In this document: positions 42,481 through 49,880 of the stretch, in pieces | Numbering within the stretch: the first letter of the stretch is position 1 | Layout of the letters: every line of letters begins with the position of its first letter | DNA from: Actinomycetota bacterium | Lineage (GTDB): Bacteria > Actinomycetota > Thermoleophilia > Miltoncostaeales > Miltoncostaeaceae | NCBI GenBank assembly: GCA_031376485.1 | Contig: JANMDV010000057.1 | Coordinates: 14,092 to 78,091, forward strand | Length of the DNA stretch: 64,000 nucleotides | Reading direction: 5' to 3' | Position numbers and translations under genes: made by a program | The notes under the pieces: model-generated | Seen by the model: only the letters and a program-made list of their open reading frames with translations | Told to the model about the DNA's origin: nothing | Databases searched by the model: none

Positions 42481-43602
42481 ATGGGGGCGGTCCGGCCACC
42501 TGTCGAGACCGTGCTCGCCTCCGCCCGTCGACGCGAGGAGCAGGGGTTCGACGCCATCTGGTGGGCCGATCACTTCCTGCACTGGTTCCCGACCTCCATC
42601 TGGACACCGGATCTGGTCCCGCAGGCCGCGGCCGGCCAGTCCAACCCGCACGTGTGGTTCGACCCGTTCCCGGTCATCGCGGCGGCCGCGAGCGTCACGA
42701 GCGACATCCGCCTGGGGGTCGGCGTCACGGACCTGGTGCGACGCCATCCCGCGGTGCTCGCCCAGACCGCGCTGACCCTGGACCATCTGAGCGGGGGCCG
42801 ATTCATCCTGGGCGTCGGCTCGGGTGAGTCGCTCAACCTCGATCCGGTGGGATTGGGCAACGAGCGCCCCCTGGCCCGCCTGACCGAAGGGCTCAAGGTC
42901 ATCCGAGCCCTGTTCGACGCACCCGACCCGATCGACTTCGACGGCGAATTCACTACCCTGCGCGGAATGACGCTCGGGCTCCGGCCACACGGCGCGCTCC
43001 CACCGCCGGTGTGGGTTGCGGCGCACCGCCCCAAGGGGCTCGCGCTCGCCGGGCGCACCGCCGACGGATGGATCCCCTTGGCGACCGACCCCAAGACGTA
43101 CTCCGCGATGCTCGATCAGGTCAGGGCGGCCGCCCGCACCGCCGGCCGCGCCGATGACGCCGTCACCCCGGGTCTTTACGCACGCGTGGTGCTCGCAGAC
43201 GACCGTGACACCGCCGATCGCATCATCGACGACTCGCTGCTGATGCGGTTCATCGCTCTGACCCGCCCGGCAGAAGCCTATGCCGCGCGCGGCGCCGAGC
43301 ACCCCCTGGGCGCAGGCGCATTCGGCCTGACGAGCTTTCTGCCGACTCGATACGGTCGGGACGAGGCGCTCGCCCTGGCCGGACAGGTTCCGCGCGATGT
43401 GGTTCGCGACACCGTCATCTCGGGCACCCCTGACGATGTGACGGCCGCCATCACGCGGTTTGTCACGGCGGGCGCGCGCCACGTGCAGCTGACCAACATG
43501 ACCCCGCTTGCCGCACCGGGCCACGCGGCCGAAAGCGAAGCGCTGTTGGGCGACGTCGTCACCCAACTTCGCGCCGCGCACTCAACGGAGGATCTCCACT
43601 GA
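42481..43602 (+). CDS. LLM-class flavin/F420-dependent oxidoreductase
   Basis: Track ORF 42439..43602. QGFDAIWWADHF and HLSGGRFILGVGSGE. Confidence 0.8.
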   Translation: MGAVRPPVETVLASARRREEQGFDAIWWADHFLHWFPTSIWTPDLVPQAAAGQSNPHVWFDPFPVIAAAASVTSDIRLGVGVTDLVRRHPAVLAQTALTLDHLSGGRFILGVGSGESLNLDPVGLGNERPLARLTEGLKVIRALFDAPDPIDFDGEFTTLRGMTLGLRPHGALPPPVWVAAHRPKGLALAGRTADGWIPLATDPKTYSAMLDQVRAAARTAGRADDAVTPGLYARVVLADDRDTADRIIDDSLLMRFIALTRPAEAYAARGAEHPLGAGAFGLTSFLPTRYGRDEALALAGQVPRDVVRDTVISGTPDDVTAAITRFVTAGARHVQLTNMTPLAAPGHAAESEALLGDVVTQLRAAHSTEDLH

Positions 43603-44699
43603 AGTCACGCATCGCACTCATCGCCCTGGCCACCGCATGTGTCGGAGCGAGTGTCGGCCCGGCATCCGCCGCACGAAGCCAGCGACTCGTCAGCGGGTGG
43701 CCGACGGTATCGCTCGCGCTCTCCGGCAAGAACGTCGTGCTGGCCACGTCGACCGCACCGGTGATCCGGCCCGGGGGCTTCACGGTATTCCGGACGGACA
43801 CGGTCCGCCTCGTGTTGAACGGGGACAAACTGACGGGGCGCTCGGTGGAGGACATCATCCTCCGCACAAGCGCCGGACGCACGAGCGCAGGCCCCATCGC
43901 CGGCGATTCGACCGGCCGCTACGTGATCATCGCGACCGGGGCCAACTTTCCGCCGCAGGTCGTGTTCTGTTGCACCAGCGAGCCACGTGATCTGCCCCTC
44001 GAAGCCGATGGGCGGGTCAACGGGCCGCGCGCCATCGCCGCAACGCTCGACGGGCCCGTCGCCCGATACGTGATGCGCACGGCCGGCGGCACCCACACGC
44101 TCGTCAGCTACACCGTCTCGGACCGTCCCGGCCAACCGTTCACCCAACGACTCGCGGGGCCATTGTCCGGCGACGCCCCGTCACTCGTCGCGATGGCACC
44201 GGGAATCGTGGCGACCGTCGACGCCGCAAGCGGCCGCACGATCCATCTTCGCACGACCTCCCCGGGCGCCTACGAGTTGTTCGGCGGGCAGATCCTGCCG
44301 CCACAACCCGGCGTGATCACCCGACTGCACCTGACCCGGTCGATGGCCGTTGCGCTCGTACGCACCGCCGCCGGATTCGAGTTGGTCCGCCACGACGCGC
44401 CCACATGGCAACGGACCGTGATCTGGCGTGGAACGCGCGCGCCTGAACTGTCCGCGGTCGGTGACCGCACCGTCGTCTTCACCACCGGCGTCGTCGTGCG
44501 TCAGAGCGTGCCCGGCCGCACACGCGAGCTCGTGCGACTGCGCGGCAAGCTCGTGGCCCTCGCAACCGACGGGCGGCGGGTGGCGGTCGCAGAGCGCCGT
44601 ATCGTGACCGTTCGCCGCGCCAAGGCCCGCAAAACCGCGATCGTCGTCGCGTCGGTGCTGCAACCCCCTGGGGTCTACTCACTGGGAGGTGGATCGTGA
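43599..44699 (+). CDS. hypothetical secreted protein, start uncertain (possible CTG)
   Basis: Track ORF 43737..44699. In the same frame upstream, 43599-43736 reads LKSRIALIALATACVGASVGPASAARSQ (signal-peptide-like), but there is no ATG/GTG/TTG. CTG 43599 overlaps the upstream TGA. Confidence 0.45.
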   Translation: MKSRIALIALATACVGASVGPASAARSQRLVSGWPTVSLALSGKNVVLATSTAPVIRPGGFTVFRTDTVRLVLNGDKLTGRSVEDIILRTSAGRTSAGPIAGDSTGRYVIIATGANFPPQVVFCCTSEPRDLPLEADGRVNGPRAIAATLDGPVARYVMRTAGGTHTLVSYTVSDRPGQPFTQRLAGPLSGDAPSLVAMAPGIVATVDAASGRTIHLRTTSPGAYELFGGQILPPQPGVITRLHLTRSMAVALVRTAAGFELVRHDAPTWQRTVIWRGTRAPELSAVGDRTVVFTTGVVVRQSVPGRTRELVRLRGKLVALATDGRRVAVAERRIVTVRRAKARKTAIVVASVLQPPGVYSLGGGS

Positions 44700-45838
44700 C
44701 GCACATCCTGACCCTGTTCGCCCTCCTGGTTGTGTGGGCGACGCCTGCGATCGGCGCTCCCGTGGTGGCAATCGAGGATGACCTGGTTTTCCACCTGACC
44801 GACCCGGCCCAGATCGACACCCGGACGGATCTGATCGCATCGACGGGCGTCAAGTACACACGCCTGGGACTCGACTGGAACCATGTCGCGCCCACCCGGC
44901 CAGCGAACCCCGACGACCCGGCCGACCCGGCCTACGATTGGTCGCGGTATGACCGGATGATCACCAACTTTCGCCGGAGTGGGATCGGCACGATGGTCAC
45001 GCTCAACGGCACGCCGCCGTGGGCATCGACCAGCGGCAAATGGAACGCGTCGCCGCGCATCGCCGACGGAGCCGCGTTCGCAGGAGCCGTCGCCCGCCGC
45101 TACAACGGCTCCTACCCTGCCCCCGCAGGCGGAACGCTGCCGGCCATCAAGACGATCAGCGTCCGCAACGAGCCCAACATCTATCTGTTCACCACGCCGC
45201 AGTGCGCGCGGGTGGGCAACCGCTGGGTGCCGGTGTCACCCACGTTCTATGCGGCACTGCTGACGGCCTCCGAGCCCAAAATCCGCTCGGCGAATCCCGA
45301 TGTCCTCATCGTGGCGGGCGAGACCGGGTCGACCAAGGAGGAGTCGGGCGGGTGCAAGAACGCGATCACGACGATCGGGACATTCGAGTTCACCCGACTG
45401 CTCCACAAGCAGTTGGGCGGCGGGCGCGACATGCCGTTCGACATGTGGGCGCAGCACCTGTACCCCGTGGGACCGCCCGACCGCGCGGCGTTCTTTCCAT
45501 CGTGGCGCAGCCTGCCCGGTCTGACGAAGCTGCTCAACAAGATGCACCCGACCAACCGGATGCCCCTCATCATCTCCGAGACCGGGTACACCACGAGCTA
45601 CTCGCCGTACCACCGGTACTTCGCGTCGGAGGCCCAGCAGGCCAAGTGGGTCGACCTGACGTACAAGGTCGCTGCCCAGAACGCGCAGGTCGAGTTGGTC
45701 GTGTGGTTCAACATGCAGGATCACCGCAACTGGCCCGCCGGGCTCTTTCGTGCCGACCTGTCCAAGAAGCCGTCGTTCAGCCGGTTTCGCGCCTTGGCGA
45801 CACGAACGCCACTCTCCGCGAAATGGGCCTTGCCGTAG
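44696..45838 (+). CDS. secreted glycoside hydrolase, clan GH-A (GH5/GH39-like)
   Basis: Track ORF 44696..45838. The GTG start follows GGGAGG. Signal peptide present. Acid/base context VRNEPN and nucleophile context IISETGY. Confidence 0.7.
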   Translation: MTHILTLFALLVVWATPAIGAPVVAIEDDLVFHLTDPAQIDTRTDLIASTGVKYTRLGLDWNHVAPTRPANPDDPADPAYDWSRYDRMITNFRRSGIGTMVTLNGTPPWASTSGKWNASPRIADGAAFAGAVARRYNGSYPAPAGGTLPAIKTISVRNEPNIYLFTTPQCARVGNRWVPVSPTFYAALLTASEPKIRSANPDVLIVAGETGSTKEESGGCKNAITTIGTFEFTRLLHKQLGGGRDMPFDMWAQHLYPVGPPDRAAFFPSWRSLPGLTKLLNKMHPTNRMPLIISETGYTTSYSPYHRYFASEAQQAKWVDLTYKVAAQNAQVELVVWFNMQDHRNWPAGLFRADLSKKPSFSRFRALATRTPLSAKWALP

Positions 45839-45876
45839 CGGTGGTTCAGGTGGATCTCGGTGGTGGACGTCGAAGA

Positions 45877-45916
45877 GGTACGCCGGGTGACGACCGACTG
45901 GTCGTCACCACGTACC
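45877..45916 (+). terminator. stem-loop downstream of the glycoside hydrolase gene
   Basis: GGTACGccgGGTGACGACCgactGGTCGTCACCaCGTACC, with a perfect 10-bp inner stem plus a 6-bp outer stem. Confidence 0.55.
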
Positions 45917-45929
45917 CTCCCCACCTGAC

Positions 45930-46988
45930 GTGAGCGACGTTCCCGCGATCCACACGAGCGACCCGGCCGGCCCTGTCCGCGCTCGACGCCTGGTGGCCGT
46001 CGGGCTCGTCGTGCTGTTCGCGGTGGGACTCGCGGTGTTCTTGGCACCGTTCGCGTTTCCGACCCCGCCACCCATCGTGACGCGGTTCCAGACCACCAAG
46101 CAGTTCAGCCCAACGGGCGACGGCACCCGCGAGATCGCGCGTATCGCGATCAGGTTGAGCCAGCCGAGCCTCGTCGACATCCAGATCCGCGACCGCGATG
46201 ACACGCTCGTCAAGGGACTCATCTCAGAGCGACGCCCGACCGGCATCGTGTCGTTGGACTGGGACGGCACGAATGACCAGGGACAACCCGCGTCCGACGG
46301 TCGGTACAAGGTGGTGTTGCGCGCGCGGGGGCCGGGGGGCAAGAAGTTCAACAGAAGCCGTTCGGTCGTTCTGGACCGCCAGGCGCCGCCGCTTGGCACG
46401 CTGTCGGTGCAGTCCGCCGCGTTGGCCGGACCCGGCGCCGGCGAATGTCGCGTCGCCGCCACCGCGCTCGACCGCGGCACGATCGGCATCGAGGTGCTCC
46501 GCGCCGCCGGAACACCCGCGATCGCACGATTCGGACCCAAGAACGTGAGCGCGGGCGAGACGACGCTGTGGGACTGGGACGGCAAGGCCGCCGACGGGAC
46601 CGCCACCACCCCGGGTCTCTACGTGGTGCGCGCGTTCCTCGCCGACGCGCCGGGCAACCGCTCGGAACAGTCCGCGACCTGTTGGGTCGGTCATCTGATC
46701 GGCACCCTGGCCCCGCCGCGACCGAAGCTCGGCACCCGGGCGCGCGTCCTGCTGCGCCGGCCCGACGGGTCGCGGATCGCGCCGTCGACCCGAGTGCGAC
46801 TCGCGGTGTTCCGGCGCATCGGCGATCCGGGCAGCGCACGCCAGGTGCTGGGAGCGCCCGTCGGCGCACAGGCGAGCGGGCGCGCCGGATCCGTGCGCAT
46901 CCAGCTTCCCCGCAAGATCCCCGCGGCTGACCTCTGGGTCGTCGCGACCACCGACACCGGCCGGGCGTTGATCCCGCTGCGACCATGA
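45930..46988 (+). CDS. membrane-anchored protein with FlgD-Ig-like domains
   Basis: Track ORF 45930..46988. N-terminal anchor and two segments of the type SLDWDGTNDQGQPASDGRYKV / LWDWDGKAADGTATTPGLYVV. Confidence 0.5.
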   Translation: MSDVPAIHTSDPAGPVRARRLVAVGLVVLFAVGLAVFLAPFAFPTPPPIVTRFQTTKQFSPTGDGTREIARIAIRLSQPSLVDIQIRDRDDTLVKGLISERRPTGIVSLDWDGTNDQGQPASDGRYKVVLRARGPGGKKFNRSRSVVLDRQAPPLGTLSVQSAALAGPGAGECRVAATALDRGTIGIEVLRAAGTPAIARFGPKNVSAGETTLWDWDGKAADGTATTPGLYVVRAFLADAPGNRSEQSATCWVGHLIGTLAPPRPKLGTRARVLLRRPDGSRIAPSTRVRLAVFRRIGDPGSARQVLGAPVGAQASGRAGSVRIQLPRKIPAADLWVVATTDTGRALIPLRP

Positions 46989-48553
46989 CCACGGTCGAGT
47001 CGTTCCAGGCCGTCGCCGCGATCGGCGCCGCCGCGGGCGTGCTGGGGTTGTTGATCCCCGCACGGGGACGCACCTCGACCGGCGCGCGGATCGCAGGGGC
47101 CCTGGCGATGACGATCGCATCGTGGCTTCTGCTCGTCGGAAGCCTCGTCTCCAGAAGCGATCTGACCAGATTGACGGATCGGCTCGACTCACCGGCGCGG
47201 CTCGGCGCGGCCACCGTCGCGGTGATCGTCGTGCTGGCCGTGACGGTGGTCCTGGCGCGCCTGTGCATCCGTCGCCCGGTGGTGTGGCTGGTGCTGGTCG
47301 CAGTGGCGCTCCCCATCCGCATCCCCGTGTCGCTCGGCAGCGACCGGGGCGGCAACCTGCTCCTGCCGCTGTACTGGGTCATCGTCATCGGTATCGTGGC
47401 ATGGGCGTGGGGCCGGACTCGCGGGACGCTGCGCGAGGCCATCGATCGCCGCTCCGCCCTCGACATCCCGATCGCCGCGTTCACCGCGTTCTCAGTCGTG
47501 TCGATCTGGTGGAGCGCCGACATGCAGGAGGGCACCGTCAAGGCGGTGTTCTTCTACATCCCGTTCGTCATCCTGTATCGCCTCGTGGTCAACTGGTGGC
47601 CCCTCGCGACTCGGCCCATGCGTGCAGTGGTCTTCACCACGCTGGGGATGGCCGTCGCCGTCGCCGCCGTCGCAGTCGGCCAGTTCGCGACGAGCACGAT
47701 CTGGTGGAACGACACCCTGAAGCAGGGCAACGTCTACAACCGCTTTTTTCGCGCGAACGGCATCTTCTATGACCCCAACATCCTGGGGCGCTACCTGATG
47801 CTGGCGCTCGTCGTGACCGCGGCGTACGCGGTGGTCGCCAACCGCAGCCGGCAGCTCGCCGTCCTCGGACTGGTCGCCGGGGTCGTGGCCGCAGGAGTCG
47901 TCGTCACGTTCTCACGCTCGAGCGCGTTGGGACTGATGGTGGCGGTGACGTTGCTCGCCTTCCGCGCGTTCGGCTGGCGGCGGACGCTCCTGGTCGGGGC
48001 GAGCGCCCTCGTTCTCGTCGGCGGTCCGGCGATCGCCTTCAACGCCAACGTCCGCGACAAGGCGACATCACTTGAGCGCCTCGCGAGCACCGGCGAGGGC
48101 CGGCTGCGCCTGGTCGAAGGCGGCATCGAGCTGTGGAAGACCGCGCCCGTGGCCGGTGTCGGTCTGGGCGCCTTCTCGCAGGAGTACCGCAGCACGGTTC
48201 CACGCAAGGAGGCGGTCAGGACCCGGGTGTTCATTTCGCACACTGCGCCTGTCACCACGTTGGCGGAGCTCGGCGTGATCGGGTTTGCCCTGTTCCTGGT
48301 GCTCCTGGGCGTCGGCACCACCGTGCTGTGGCGCGGGTCGCGTCAGACTCCCGGCGAGGGCGGATGGGCACAGTGGACGATCATGGCGATCCTCGTCGCA
48401 ATCGTGGTACACAGCCTGCTCTACTCCGCGCTCTTCGAGGACCCGTACGTGTGGACCCTCGCCGCCATCGGGGTCGCGCTCGGCGCCGCACAGAACGCGG
48501 AGGCGCGGCAAGCGACCCGTGCGCTGCCCGCGGTCGCAGCCACGACCGGCTGA
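46985..48553 (+). CDS. O-antigen ligase/polymerase-like (Wzy_C) membrane protein
   Basis: Track ORF 46985..48553. About 12 TMS, with Wzy_C-type motifs FSRSSALGL and SHTAPVTTLAELGVIGFAL. ATGA overlap upstream. Confidence 0.8.
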   Translation: MTTVESFQAVAAIGAAAGVLGLLIPARGRTSTGARIAGALAMTIASWLLLVGSLVSRSDLTRLTDRLDSPARLGAATVAVIVVLAVTVVLARLCIRRPVVWLVLVAVALPIRIPVSLGSDRGGNLLLPLYWVIVIGIVAWAWGRTRGTLREAIDRRSALDIPIAAFTAFSVVSIWWSADMQEGTVKAVFFYIPFVILYRLVVNWWPLATRPMRAVVFTTLGMAVAVAAVAVGQFATSTIWWNDTLKQGNVYNRFFRANGIFYDPNILGRYLMLALVVTAAYAVVANRSRQLAVLGLVAGVVAAGVVVTFSRSSALGLMVAVTLLAFRAFGWRRTLLVGASALVLVGGPAIAFNANVRDKATSLERLASTGEGRLRLVEGGIELWKTAPVAGVGLGAFSQEYRSTVPRKEAVRTRVFISHTAPVTTLAELGVIGFALFLVLLGVGTTVLWRGSRQTPGEGGWAQWTIMAILVAIVVHSLLYSALFEDPYVWTLAAIGVALGAAQNAEARQATRALPAVAATTG

Positions 48554-48560
48554 AGCGCGC

Positions 48561-49643
48561 ATGATGACCGGCAGCGATCCCCTGCGCATCCTGTGCCTCA
48601 GCAACATGTACCCGGGACCCACCGATCCCGATTACGGCGCCTTCGTCGAGGTCATGTGCGACGCGATCGAACGGGGGGGCCACCACGTCGAGCGCGTCGT
48701 CATCGACACCCGCGCCCGCGGGCCGCTGCACACACCGGCCAAGTACACCGGACTCGCTGCCCGCGCTCTCGGCCGAACGCGCCGCGCCGACGTCATCTAC
48801 GCGCACTACCTCTTCCCAACGGGTGCAATCGCCGCGGCGAGCGGTCGCCTGTTCGGCCGGCCGTGGGTCATCACCGCCCACGGTCGCGATGTCCGTAACC
48901 TGCAGAGCCCGCGGCTTCGTGCGCTGACGGCGCCGGCTGTGCGGGGCGCTTCGGCGATCATCGCCGTCAGCGCCTACCTGGCAGAGGAGCTTCGCGCATC
49001 GGGACTGCAGCTTCCTGCAGTCCACGTCGCCAACATGGGTGTCGACCTCGAGCGCTTCCGGCCGGCGGATCGCGCCGCGGCACGGGCACGACTGGGCTTG
49101 GGATCGGGACCGCTGGTGCTCGCGGTGGGGGGACTGACCGAGCGCAAGAACCCGCTCCGACTGCTGCAGGCCTTCCAACTGGTCCGCCGCACACATCCCG
49201 ACGCAACCTTGGTCGTGGTGGGCGACGGCCCGCTGGCCGGAGCGATCCGCGCGGGCGGAGTGCGCCACGGCCTGGGCGGCGCGGTCCTGATGCCGGGAGC
49301 GGTCCCGAACTCCGCGATCGCCGAATGGATGGCCGCGTCGGACGTCCTGGCGTTGCCGAGCCTGGTCGAGCCGCTGGGCGTCGTCGCGCTCGAGGCGCTC
49401 GCGAGCGGCCGTCCCGTCGTTGCCACACGGGTCGGCGGCGTCGTCGAGGTGGTCGGCCAGGGCGGTGTCACAGTCGACCCGCTCGACCCCGCCGCGATCG
49501 CGGACGGCCTGCTCCGCATGATTGCCAGGCCTCCCTCGCCCGCCGTATGCCGAACCGCGGCCGAACGCCACGGCGTCGACCGTCAGGCCGCGCGGGTCGT
49601 CTCGGTGCTGCAGGCGGCAGTCACCGGGCCCGTGCCGGAATAA
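48561..49643 (+). CDS. glycosyltransferase family 4
   Basis: Part of track ORF 48285..49643, starting at MMTGSDPLRILCLSNMYPGP. Has the EX7E region EPLGVVALEALASGRPVVATRVGG. Confidence 0.85.
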   Translation: MMTGSDPLRILCLSNMYPGPTDPDYGAFVEVMCDAIERGGHHVERVVIDTRARGPLHTPAKYTGLAARALGRTRRADVIYAHYLFPTGAIAAASGRLFGRPWVITAHGRDVRNLQSPRLRALTAPAVRGASAIIAVSAYLAEELRASGLQLPAVHVANMGVDLERFRPADRAAARARLGLGSGPLVLAVGGLTERKNPLRLLQAFQLVRRTHPDATLVVVGDGPLAGAIRAGGVRHGLGGAVLMPGAVPNSAIAEWMAASDVLALPSLVEPLGVVALEALASGRPVVATRVGGVVEVVGQGGVTVDPLDPAAIADGLLRMIARPPSPAVCRTAAERHGVDRQAARVVSVLQAAVTGPVPE

Positions 49644-49803
49644 GGGTTCGCGCAAAATTAACTGCTGTGCCGGATGGCGAGCGAAAACCGAGTGAGACGG
49701 TGGTGGCGAGCCTCGCCGCTACTGGTGGTAACGGCGATCTCGCCAGTGCCGTAGTGCGACGGTTTGCAGCCGCCGAACGGTGAGGTAGTCATGACACAGG
49801 CCC
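49644..49803 (+). repeat. palindromic intergenic repeat, copy G (160 nt, mixed termini)
   Basis: The 5' end GGGTTCGCGCAAAATTAACTGCTGTGCCGG matches copy C. The core and 3' end ...GGTGAGGTAGTCATGACACAGGCCC match copy A2. It starts 1 nt after the GT4 TAA. Confidence 0.9.
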
Positions 49804-49837
49804 TAAGGGATCGCCCAGTCGTTTCTGCGTGGTCCCG

Positions 49838-49876
49838 TACTTCTCACGAAGGAGACCGAGCGGGAGTTCTGGAACA
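49838..49876 (+). repeat. short remnant (I) of the repeat family
   Basis: CTTCTCACGAAGGAGACCGAGCGGGAGTTCTGGAACAG looks like the 5' piece CTCACGCGAAGGA joined to the 3' piece ACCGAGCGGGAGTGTTCC of copy F. Confidence 0.45.
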
Positions 49877-49880
49877 GAAT

